Shown here piece by piece: positions 9,513 to 17,845 of a DNA stretch of 32,000 nucleotides. The number at the start of each line of letters is the position of its first letter. The stretch's first letter is position 1. The notes beneath the pieces are model-generated. The model made no database searches and was not told where the DNA came from. It saw only the letters and a list, made by a program, of their open reading frames with translations. Both the position numbers and the translations under genes were made by a program. Origin of the DNA: Okeania sp. (GTDB lineage Bacteria > Cyanobacteriota > Cyanobacteriia > Cyanobacteriales > Microcoleaceae); assembly GCF_035285525.1 (NCBI RefSeq), contig NZ_JAYKGW010000135.1, positions 1-32,000 of the forward strand, written 5' to 3'.

Positions 9513-10514
9513 CTAAAAACCGACTGGATCAACTATTCCACTACTGCAAGAACTTCCACTTCTTGGCACCAAAACATCTGCTAATTTTTCCCCAAGTAAA
9601 GGTCTGCGCATTTTAATTTGCAGTTCAGTAATTAACCCATCATTACAGCTAATCTTCACACTTTCTCCTGCACCTTTTCCAAAAGAATTATCAAAAGCTG
9701 TTTCAATTTGAGAACGAGTAATTCTTTTGCCAATATTTGCTGCAAATAAGTCTTGTACTTTTGAAGTATTAACATCATTCAATAAATCTATAGAAATGTC
9801 ATAGTAAGTATCCTCATTTCGACCATCGCAAGTACCATGTTTAATCCATTCATGACGATGTAAATAAGACTGCTTACCAGGCATAACTATTTCTAATTCA
9901 GAAGTAGTTTCTTCATCCAAATTTAAACTTGGTAAATCATCCCAATTTCTATATTTAGAATCATTGATATCTTGATAAGAAACCCCACAATAGTTAATTC
10001 TATCAGGCCATAAACCATGTAAAGTAAAATTAGTTGCATCAAAGCGGTCTTCAGTTTGGGAAATACATTCTATTTTGTCTTGCTTTCCCTGACAAAAACT
10101 GGGTTGCCAACTAATAGCAAGTACATACTCTTCTGCACAACCTTGAGGAGGACAACTTGCTACAATTTTGTTTTCTTCTGTTATGATTATCTCTTGATAG
10201 CTACTTTCTTGTGCTTCGCTATTTTGAGTTTCATTGCTACTTTTCATAGTAGGATTAAATTGACCACAGTTTTTGTTAATCCATTTATTTTGGTTGCCTA
10301 CTTTGATAGAAATATAATCTCCAGATTCTTTATTTAGTCCGAGAGCTTGGTAAACTTTTCCTGGTTCCAAAGTCACAGGTTCACTTTTCTTTTTGATGCT
10401 AGTATAAGCTTCACAATTATTCATGGTAAAATCTCCAGGAAGATTGTAGAAAGCCAAAGCTGGACTTTGGCAAAGGAGGAAAAAAGATAACAAGAATGTG
10501 ATGATTAGTCTCAC
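9513..10514 (-). CDS. Secreted ribonuclease, RNase T2 / RNase I family, with an N-terminal extra domain
   Basis: CAS I motif FTLHGLWPD and CAS II motif HEWIKHGTC are present. YVLAISWQPSFCQ parallels E. coli RNase I YVLALSWQTGFCQ. The signal peptide reads LIITFLLSFFLLCQSPALA. The track ORF opens at TTG 10544; GTG at 10514 preceded by GGAG is the likelier start. Confidence 0.9.
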   Translation of the reverse strand: MRLIITFLLSFFLLCQSPALAFYNLPGDFTMNNCEAYTSIKKKSEPVTLEPGKVYQALGLNKESGDYISIKVGNQNKWINKNCGQFNPTMKSSNETQNSEAQESSYQEIIITEENKIVASCPPQGCAEEYVLAISWQPSFCQGKQDKIECISQTEDRFDATNFTLHGLWPDRINYCGVSYQDINDSKYRNWDDLPSLNLDEETTSELEIVMPGKQSYLHRHEWIKHGTCDGRNEDTYYDISIDLLNDVNTSKVQDLFAANIGKRITRSQIETAFDNSFGKGAGESVKISCNDGLITELQIKMRRPLLGEKLADVLVPRSGSSCSSGIVDPVGF

Positions 10515-10710
10515 GACATCTCCTTTTTTATTGTTGTTGTACAACTACTATAACAATCCCAAATAAGTTGTAATATTTTTTTCTCACAAATTATTTCTTA
10601 TGACTATATTTGAATACTTTACAGTAAGTCTGTGATTAGCCTTATGAAATTATTCTTAAAATTAATCCTGTTCCCTAAAAGCAATAAAATAATGAACCTC
10701 GACAAATAAA

Positions 10711-10835
10711 TAGGGTTTGCTAATTAAATTATAGAAGGATTAATAAATAAAGGTTTAATGAGCTGTTGGAATTGTCAAATTATTTTAGGCATCTTGCCCG
10801 GGATAGATGTACCTCACGGGCAACAAAAAACGTTA
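10711..10835. mobile_element. Left-end fragment of the TAGGGTTTGC-TIR MITE family
   Basis: It starts tagggtttgcta (compare 12983 and 15056). It contains gcatcttgcccgggatagatgtacctcacgggcaa, which parallels 13186-13213. It abuts the stop codon of the CASTOR-like gene. Confidence 0.55.
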
Positions 10836-10844
10836 TAACTGAAA

Positions 10845-12806
10845 TTAGGTTTGATCTTCAGAAATAGTAATCAGTTGATCTTTAGAAGTTAGAGTAAATT
10901 CAGTATCTAAACTAGGAGCTAGATAAATACCAAAATTATTCTCTTTATCTTGAGCTTGAGAATCTATTCTCACACCCAGACAAATTTCATCACGAGATTG
11001 AGCTGCAAATACACAGTCAGCAAAAGATAATTTACCAAGTTTTTGAGGAGGAAAAAAAAGCTCTATTGGTTTAATATACATTTCGCTACCGTCTGCCGAA
11101 AATAAATTATTGTAGACTTTCATTACATTGGGTTCTTGAGACACCTGAGCTAATATTTTCGAGACAAATTGATCTGATAGTAAGAAGTCTTGAACCCCCG
11201 CTTTAACCACTAAATCAGTTTCTTCTGAATCAGCAAGTTCTACTACTAATTCAGTATTAACCTTATTTCCAGTTTCCTGCTCATATTCTCGGAATATTTG
11301 CTTAATTTCTAATAATATAGTCAGAGTTCTAGCATCAATTTCTTCTAGATTTTTACCTTTAATAGACAAAATAGAAATACTGTCATACCTATGTAGTTCT
11401 AGACTTTTAAGTTCTGCAATAGCATCTACATTAATAACCTCAAATTCCATCGAAACTTCAGGATAAGCTTGACTAATTTCATAAAACTTAGCTTTAATTT
11501 CCGGTGTGAATTGATGAGTAACTAAATTAACTTCTGAACCTGGAAGTACATATTTAGCATATTCTCGAAGACAAGTTGCAGTTTTTGAGTTCCAACCAAT
11601 AATTAAATGTTTTTCAGTTTCTCCGTCAAAAGTTTTTCTGAAGTCACCATAACCTAATACTTTAGGTTTAGCTAAAGGTCTTTTGGAAAGTTGAATTTTT
11701 GAATCATCTTCTGCCAAAATAATTACTTCTTCAGTATCTGTTAACCGATAATTACTATCTGGTTTGATAACTACATCCCCATTTCTAGTGCGCACACCCA
11801 AAGGAATACTTTGATTAAAACGAAATGGTAATTTACCAAAAGTTAGATTTTGCCAACCACCTTCAGGACGGTAAAAATAAACTTCATTTCCAGCAAAACC
11901 AACTAAATTTAAGTATACTTTTGCTAACCCTATAGAACGTGAAGTTTGAACTAAAATTCTGGCTAAAATATCAGCTTCATTTAGAGTTGTTACAGCTTCA
12001 GGAGCAATACTTTTCGCTAAAGTTCGATATTTGTTTGAGTGAATTTCAGCGATTATTGGTGGTAAATCTTTCTTCTTTTCATTAGCTGCTACCGTAGCTA
12101 AAATTGCTTTCACAACTCTAGCATCCGATAACTTTCTCACATCTTCTTCATCTATTCCTTTGGCATCATTTAAAATAACTACCGACTTAGCAACTTTAAC
12201 TCCAACTTTATTCAGGTTATTAATATTTGTTACTACTCCATTACGAGTAACTATCCTAGTAGTTTTTAAATCTCCTAATTTCTCCCGGAGGAAATCATCC
12301 ATATCTTCTTTATCTCGTTCTGATAAAATGACAATTGCCGCATCAGATTCTGATTCATTTCCTATTACTAACTCAGTAATAAGATCGACAATTCTATCAC
12401 TAAAACCTAAGATTAAAGTATGGTTTTTTTCCACTACTAAACTTTTACCTTTCTTCAACAAAGTTAGTTGTGCTTCAAATTCTTGGGTAATAAAAGCCAC
12501 TAAACTAGAGAAAAGTACTAAACCCAGAAAAATCGTTAATATCCCTACAGCTTTAGTAGCAAAATTTGCGTCGTCTCCCGTCTCTCCCAGACCAATGAGT
12601 TGTATAAATACATCCCAAAGCACATCCGTTTTTTCTTCATTTGGAAAAATCAACTCAGAGAGGAAGCGTATAATTGTCATTACGACAAATGCCCCAAAAA
12701 AAGCTGATACTAATCCCAAAAATACAGATAAACCGCCCTTTGACATAAAGTTGTCAAATCTATACTTAAACTTTTCTTGCCAAGAAAATTTACTTTGAGC
12801 AGACAT
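10845..12806 (-). CDS. CASTOR/POLLUX (DMI1)-type cation channel homolog with RCK/TrkA-like domains
   Basis: ATG at 12806; the track ORF opens at TTG 12821. It is collinear with plant CASTOR as I remember it. LKKGKSLVVEKNHTLILGFSDRIVDLITEL matches LRKGKSEVIEKNHILILGWSDKLGSLLKQL. IVILSERDKEDMD, SDARVVKAILAT and IKPDSNYRLTDTEEVIILAEDDS also match. N-terminal TM helices and a pore-loop-like GLGETGDDA are present. Confidence 0.85.
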   Translation of the reverse strand: MSAQSKFSWQEKFKYRFDNFMSKGGLSVFLGLVSAFFGAFVVMTIIRFLSELIFPNEEKTDVLWDVFIQLIGLGETGDDANFATKAVGILTIFLGLVLFSSLVAFITQEFEAQLTLLKKGKSLVVEKNHTLILGFSDRIVDLITELVIGNESESDAAIVILSERDKEDMDDFLREKLGDLKTTRIVTRNGVVTNINNLNKVGVKVAKSVVILNDAKGIDEEDVRKLSDARVVKAILATVAANEKKKDLPPIIAEIHSNKYRTLAKSIAPEAVTTLNEADILARILVQTSRSIGLAKVYLNLVGFAGNEVYFYRPEGGWQNLTFGKLPFRFNQSIPLGVRTRNGDVVIKPDSNYRLTDTEEVIILAEDDSKIQLSKRPLAKPKVLGYGDFRKTFDGETEKHLIIGWNSKTATCLREYAKYVLPGSEVNLVTHQFTPEIKAKFYEISQAYPEVSMEFEVINVDAIAELKSLELHRYDSISILSIKGKNLEEIDARTLTILLEIKQIFREYEQETGNKVNTELVVELADSEETDLVVKAGVQDFLLSDQFVSKILAQVSQEPNVMKVYNNLFSADGSEMYIKPIELFFPPQKLGKLSFADCVFAAQSRDEICLGVRIDSQAQDKENNFGIYLAPSLDTEFTLTSKDQLITISEDQT

Positions 12807-12982
12807 AGATTTTTTCTTCAAACTAATATTAAGTTTATGCTAAACTATTAATTTACATTCAGAGTCACTTATAAGATTATAATCTTATACGTCAAGGGTT
12901 TTCTAACTATTTGACTTCCTCTTAACACACCTTTAATTTTTCTTTTTCTTAATGGTGAGTGTTTCAAAGCGATCGCTCTATT

Positions 12983-13440
12983 TAGGGTTTGCAGAAAAAG
13001 CCTTTTTAAGGAGATGGGGTCATTTCAGTTATTAAGTTATCAGTTATCAGTAGAGAGTGAACCTCCGAATTTAGTCGGAGGCTTGAAATAAGTTAAAATT
13101 CTTTCATCCCCTTAAAAGGGGTGATGGGGCAATTAAGAAGTACAGATATTAATAATTAAATATTTGGTTTCACGAGCATCTTGTTCCCTTGGATGTACCT
13201 CAAACCTAGTGGAATCTTCTTTAAATCTAAAAAGAATGAAAAATAAAGATGTTAGAGTTTTTAGGTAGAGAAAAAGTACCAACTTTTCGGTGAAAAAAAA
13301 TCCTCAAGTGAGTATTTTAGGGTAACGTAAGGAAGAAAAATTAAGGGGCTATTAATAAACAACTATCTCTTCTACAATTTCCTCTTAATCTTGATTCTTA
13401 ACTGCTCCCTACTTGCTAATCCCTACCTCAACAAAAAGAA
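12983..13440. mobile_element. Nested composite of MITE-like elements
   Basis: The left TIR tagggtttgcaga is at 12983-12995. A nested CCCCTTAAAAGGGG/GATAACT-family element occupies 13018-13125. Segment 13251-13440 is homologous to the reverse complement of 15075-15260 (shared blocks gattcttaact, ccccttaatttttct, ctaaaatac.cacttgagga). The right TIR is missing. Confidence 0.65.
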
Positions 13441-13549
13441 AAATAACTATACTTAATAATTTTAATAATTGCTATATTTAAAGTAAAATTATTGTTCTAT
13501 ATCACTAAATTTTGTAATTGTCAATAAAAAGTATTTATAATTTTAAATT

Positions 13550-14332
13550 ATGGAATGGCAAGAAAATTCTGGTAATTGGGTATTAATACCTCCCCGCCCC
13601 CAAGCAATCATACATTTTTTAGGTGGAGCATTTGTGGCGACTGCACCCCATGTTACTTATCGGTCCTTATTGGAAGTTCTGGCAAATCAAGGCTATGCAG
13701 TCATAACTACTCCTTTTATCAATACCTTAGATCACTTAGAAATAGCTCAAAATATTCTTAGGGATTTTGATAGTTGTCTCGATCGACTATATATAAGTGG
13801 AATACTCAAAAAAAAATCTTTACCCATATATGGAATTGGCCATAGTATGGGATGTAAATTACATCTTCTTATAGGTAGTTCATTTTCCATAGAAAGAGCA
13901 GGCAATATTCTCATATCTTTCAATAATTCTACAGTTCGTGATGCCATACCCTTGGCCGAACAAATATCTTCTGTCGTGAATGTAGAGTTTACTCCGTCTC
14001 CAAAAGAAACAAATAGCCTAATTCAAAAATACTATAAAATTCGGCGCAACTTATTGATTAAATTTAATAATGATGATCAAGATCAAACTCTTCGTTTGAA
14101 CGATCTATTACGACTACGTTTTCCCAATATGGTTACAGTTAAGAAATTAAAAGGAAACCATTTAACACCTTTAGGTCAAGACTTAAGTTGGTCTGTAGGA
14201 AAAGTATATACTCCCATAGACGCGATTGGTCAATGGTTCAAACAAGAGATTTATCGGGACTTAAATCAACTGAAACGTGAAATTTTACTTTGGCTAAATC
14301 CATTTAAGAATGGAGTAGGGAGTAGGGATTAA
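13550..14332 (+). CDS. DUF1350-family alpha/beta-hydrolase-fold protein
   Basis: ATG start. IHFLGGAFVATAPHVTYRSLLEVLANQGYAVITTPF, GIGHSMGCKLHLLIGS and ISFNNSTVRDAIPL are typical of the cyanobacterial/plant DUF1350 family. The last 7 codons (NGVGSRD) and the stop lie in a GGGAGTA repeat. Confidence 0.8.
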   Translation: MEWQENSGNWVLIPPRPQAIIHFLGGAFVATAPHVTYRSLLEVLANQGYAVITTPFINTLDHLEIAQNILRDFDSCLDRLYISGILKKKSLPIYGIGHSMGCKLHLLIGSSFSIERAGNILISFNNSTVRDAIPLAEQISSVVNVEFTPSPKETNSLIQKYYKIRRNLLIKFNNDDQDQTLRLNDLLRLRFPNMVTVKKLKGNHLTPLGQDLSWSVGKVYTPIDAIGQWFKQEIYRDLNQLKREILLWLNPFKNGVGSRD

Positions 14333-14396
14333 TAAGAAAAAGTTGATAATTTCTGGATAAGATTGGAGATATATAATAGTAGCATGCAATTAATTT
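14312..14396. repeat. Dispersed repeat: GGAGTAG heptamers plus a 54-nt core
   Basis: The core ttgataatttctggataagattggagatatataatagtagcatgcaattaattt (14343-14396) matches 30097-30150 at 47 of 54 positions. Both cores are preceded by G-rich heptamers. Confidence 0.8.
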
Positions 14397-14479
14397 TACT
14401 GGTATTTATACAATTAATTTTGTATAAGCACTTAAGAAATAAAATCAATTATTTCCCACCCAAATCCTATTATCAAAAC

Positions 14480-14971
14480 TCAAACTTTATCAAAATCAGA
14501 ATTTTCATTTTTAACTTGGGGATATAACCAATAATTTTTAACAATTAACAAACAGTTACGACGATCGGAGGTACGAGTATAACTAACATGGTCTGCTATT
14601 GCATACATAAGTTTTATACCTCGTCCACCAGGAGAAAAGATATCTGGTTCTGGTTGTCCTTTGAACCATTCTGTCATGTCAAAAGGCGGACCATAATCCC
14701 AAATTCTAATTTCTAAATGGTTAGAATACATTCTAACTTCAATATCTATAGGTGTATCTCTGGGCAAATATTTATGAGCATGGCGAATTGCATTAGTAAA
14801 ACCTTCTGCTAAAGCTAGTTCACACTGCAACCAAACTGTCTTAGGAATTGGTGCTTGATGCAATTCCTCAAACCATGACAAAACTCTGTCATTTTCTCCC
14901 AAGTCTGAATGAACTCGCAAATCAGATTCGTGATACTTTGGTAATTTATCAGGGCTTTTCACGTTAGTCAC
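14480..14971 (-). CDS. Anti-sigma-factor-type serine kinase (RsbW/SpoIIAB-like, HATPase_c_2)
   Basis: GTG start. N-box-like ALAEGFTNAIRHAH, then DYGPPFD and GGRGIKLM. Size of 163 aa is typical of the family. Confidence 0.85.
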   Translation of the reverse strand: MTNVKSPDKLPKYHESDLRVHSDLGENDRVLSWFEELHQAPIPKTVWLQCELALAEGFTNAIRHAHKYLPRDTPIDIEVRMYSNHLEIRIWDYGPPFDMTEWFKGQPEPDIFSPGGRGIKLMYAIADHVSYTRTSDRRNCLLIVKNYWLYPQVKNENSDFDKV

Positions 14972-15055
14972 ACTTCACTTCTTAAATTATTTTAGATAAT
15001 ATTTCAGGTATATTCTAGGTTATATTATGGAGTATATGTATAAAGTTTATGTAAA

Positions 15056-15296
15056 TAGGGTTTGCTGAATAAATCTTTTGGTTGAGACAGGGAGTAGGAA
15101 GTAGTTAAGAATCAAAAAGAATGGGAAATTTTATAGGAGGTTGATCCTTGATTATATCCCCTTAATTTTTCTCCTATAATTACTCTAAAATACCCACTTG
15201 AGGAGCTTTTCGGTTGAAAAGCTAGGACTTTTTCCTAGTCTAGAAAGGTTAAAACCTTTATCTGTCAATTTTTTTAAGTGTAATCAGCAAACCCTA
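15056..15296. mobile_element. Complete 241-bp MITE with perfect 13-bp terminal inverted repeats
   Basis: tagggtttgctga at 15056-15068 and tcagcaaacccta at 15284-15296 are exact reverse complements. The interior is homologous (in reverse complement) to 13251-13440 and partly to 16871-17237. No ORF is present. Confidence 0.85.
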
Positions 15297-15379
15297 AATA
15301 ATAAAAATTATAAACTCCTAATAGTCTACTCACTATTATGTGGGCTTGAGCTGAAATACTGAATCGTTTAACTAAGTCC

Positions 15380-16516
15380 ATGATATATAAAGTTTTAGTA
15401 ATTGATGATGATACTGCCATTCAAGAATTGCTGAGAAGAGTTCTGCAAAAACAGGGTTATGAAGTGACAGTAGCAAGTGATGGTGAAGAAGGTTTGGAAA
15501 AAGCAAAACTCCTACAACCTGCTTTGATTATTTGTGACTGGGTAATGCCACGACTTACGGGAATCGAAGTATGCCGTAAAGTTAAAGCTAATCCTACTTT
15601 GTCCACTACTTTCTTTATTTTGTTAACTTCTTTAGGAACGGTTCAGAATAGAGTCAAAGGTCTGGATGCTGGTGCGGATGACTTTATTTCTAAACCTATA
15701 GAAATGAATGAACTGAAGGCTAGAGTCAGAGCTGGACTAAGACTACATCAGCTTTCTCAAGACTTACAGACTCAAAAGCAACTACTAGAAAAAGAATTAG
15801 CTGAAGCTGCTGACTATGTACGTTCTCTCCTACCAGAGTCTATAACAGAACCAGTAAAAATTGAATCCCTGTTTATTCCTTCTCGGCAGTTAGGAGGAGA
15901 CTGTTTTGATTATTATTGGTTAGATGAAAATTACTTAGCTATATATTTATTAGATGTTGCAGGTCATGGTTTACGAGCTGCACTTCCTTCGGTTTCGGTC
16001 TTGAATTTGTTGAGGTCAAAGGCCATACCTCATATCAATTATCATCAACCTAGTGATGTACTTAGAGCTTTAAATAATACTTATCAGATAACTAATGAAA
16101 ATGATAAATATTTTACTATTTGGTATGGTGTGTATAATCGTTCTCAAGGTCAATTAATTTATTCTAGTGCGGGTCATCCACCAGCTATTTTAGTTTCGGG
16201 TAATGGTGAGCTTACTCAAGCTAATAAATTGAAAACTCTGGGAATGCCTATTGGTATGTTTCCAGATGCTACTTATATGGATGATTTTTGTATTGTGGAA
16301 AAGTTCAGCTCTCTATATATATTTAGTGATGGTGTCTATGAAATACCTCAACCTGGAGGTGATATTTGGGGTATAGATAATTACATTAATCTAATTTTAG
16401 AATGTAGTAGAAATGGTTTTTGTAACCTGGATAAGATATTAGATTATGTAAGAGAGTTAAATGGTAGTAAGGTTTTTAGTGATGATTTTTCTTTACTCAA
16501 AGTTGTGTTTGGTTAA
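15380..16516 (+). CDS. Response-regulator receiver fused to a PP2C/SpoIIE-type phosphatase (RsbU-like)
   Basis: The receiver carries VLVIDDD, the phospho-acceptor context LIICDWVMP, and FISKP. The PP2C domain carries GGDCFDYYW, LLDVAGHGLRAA, SAGHPP, FSDGVYE and DDFSLL. Confidence 0.9.
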   Translation: MIYKVLVIDDDTAIQELLRRVLQKQGYEVTVASDGEEGLEKAKLLQPALIICDWVMPRLTGIEVCRKVKANPTLSTTFFILLTSLGTVQNRVKGLDAGADDFISKPIEMNELKARVRAGLRLHQLSQDLQTQKQLLEKELAEAADYVRSLLPESITEPVKIESLFIPSRQLGGDCFDYYWLDENYLAIYLLDVAGHGLRAALPSVSVLNLLRSKAIPHINYHQPSDVLRALNNTYQITNENDKYFTIWYGVYNRSQGQLIYSSAGHPPAILVSGNGELTQANKLKTLGMPIGMFPDATYMDDFCIVEKFSSLYIFSDGVYEIPQPGGDIWGIDNYINLILECSRNGFCNLDKILDYVRELNGSKVFSDDFSLLKVVFG

Positions 16517-16870
16517 CCTATCTCTCTCTCATCAAGCTATGCAAAAGTTAAGTTCAATTTAGGATATTAAAAACTGCAAATTTTTAGGTTTCTTAGATTA
16601 AAAAATTTAGCATTGAAAGACTCATTATTTACAGATATATTAGCTTTTCTTCTGGCGTATGAGAGATTTATAGAGGAATATCTAATCTACTTCAGATATC
16701 TCCAAATAATCCAAAATAAAATGAATTATTCTAGAGAAATTATCAATTATTTTCCTCTAATTATTATTTCCTATTTACCGAAAAATCAAGGTATAAAGGC
16801 TCTCCATTCATGGATAAAAAAGCAAAAATTCTTTTTAGCAAATCCTCTTTTTTTATAAGAAGAGGTAATT

Positions 16871-17047
16871 AGGGCTGGCTGATTAATTATGAAACCTTTT
16901 ACAGGTAAAAAATTTAGCCTTTTCAGATACTAATAAAGTACCACCTTTTAGGTAGCTCAGGTTCAAAGTAGAAGATACTCTAAACTGTTCTCTCTTCCCT
17001 TTCTTAACTAAAAGACTTTTACGGTTCCCGATCAATCAGCAAACCCT
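16871..17047. mobile_element. MITE copy 1 of a head-to-tail pair (same superfamily as 15056-15296)
   Basis: It begins agggctggctgatta and ends acttttacggttcccgatcaatcagcaaaccct. That 33-nt end is identical at 17015-17047, 17205-17237 and 20146-20178. Confidence 0.8.
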
Positions 17048-17051
17048 GATT

Positions 17052-17237
17052 AGGGCTGGCTGATTAAATTTCAAAGTCTTTACAGATAAAGGTTTGAGTC
17101 TTTTTAGACATTAAAAAAGTACAAGGTTTTGGCTCCTTAAAGTATGTCCTCTAGAACTCCTGATTCTTCTTGACTCTTCCCTACTCCCTACCAAGGGCAA
17201 AAAGACTTTTACGGTTCCCGATCAATCAGCAAACCCT
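17052..17237. mobile_element. MITE copy 2 of a head-to-tail pair
   Basis: It has the same 15-nt start and 33-nt end as copy 1, with a diverged interior. It is separated from copy 1 by only gatt (17048-17051). Confidence 0.8.
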
Positions 17238-17304
17238 AATTATTAATTATTGAATGGAGATATATAACTATTCTAAAATCTAAGATACCTATTTTTTATA
17301 AATT

Positions 17305-17661
17305 TTAGGATTTGCTTTGATGTTGAAGATTTGTATTAGTTTCAATAGTTGCTTTTTCAAATTCTTCTCGGTTAGGAAATATTTCAAAAACTCTGTCCAT
17401 ACTGGTTAGTTCAAACAAAATTCTAATCTGTTCATTAATAGAACATACAACTAACTGACATCCAGCAGCACGAACAGTTTTAAGAGCTAAAACTAAAGCG
17501 CCTAAACCGGAGCTGTCCATAAAAGTTACTTCTTTAAAATCTATCACAATAACATCAGCCCCGGCATCAACTTGTTCGCTAATCTCTTGGCGAAATGAAG
17601 TAGCTTTAGTACCGTCTAAAATACCAGAGGGGTCAATATATTTAACAACACGATTGCTCAT
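17305..17661 (-). CDS. STAS-domain anti-sigma-factor antagonist (SpoIIAA/RsbV-like)
   Basis: ATG start, 118 aa. VIDFKEVTFMDSSGLGALV carries the conserved phosphorylatable Ser context DSSGLG. Confidence 0.9.
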   Translation of the reverse strand: MSNRVVKYIDPSGILDGTKATSFRQEISEQVDAGADVIVIDFKEVTFMDSSGLGALVLALKTVRAAGCQLVVCSINEQIRILFELTSMDRVFEIFPNREEFEKATIETNTNLQHQSKS

Positions 17662-17810
17662 TTTTTTAGAATAATTCTTAGCATTAAGACACTTAGCCCA
17701 GTATAGCTCATTACTTAGGTTGAGTCCAAATATATCTCAACTAATTCCTAATTTCTTGGCCAGAAATATATATGATTATTTGTCAATCCCACCACCTGAA
17801 TAGTTGCTTC

Positions 17811-17845
17811 AATTCTAAATTCTAAATTCTAAATTCTAAATTCTT
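17811..17845. repeat. AATTCTA heptamer array (4 perfect units plus 1 imperfect)
   Basis: Units read aattcta four times, then aattctt. The array overlaps the stop codon (17844-17846) of the HTH-GrpE-like gene. Confidence 0.95.

Noticed and set aside
10056-10337. A 93-aa plus-strand ORF inside the RNase T2 gene. The same applies to 12160-12798, 13576-13761, 13747-13947, 24277-24564, 25842-26084, 26661-26855 and 29244-29558.
   Set aside because: These are shadow or alternate-frame ORFs fully embedded in much longer genes with clear family motifs. Their translations are low-complexity F/L/I/S-rich with no recognisable domain.
10792-10829. Hairpin ttgcccg-N16-cgggcaa just downstream of the channel gene, considered as its terminator
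   Set aside because: On the minus strand the T-run precedes rather than follows the stem. The sequence is part of a dispersed repeat (a degenerate copy lies at 13186-13213).
16613-16858. An 81-aa ORF downstream of the PP2C gene
   Set aside because: It has a non-ATG start, and its 3' third is the dispersed repeat ttaccgaaaaatcaaggtataaaggctc... also found at 4955 and 9388. No domain is recognised.
16940-16965. ggtagctcaggttcaaag considered as a tRNA T-arm or other tRNA-like fragment
   Set aside because: No acceptor stem, D-arm or anticodon arm can be built around it, and it lies inside MITE copy 1. No GGTTCGAATCC-type T-loop occurs anywhere in the window.
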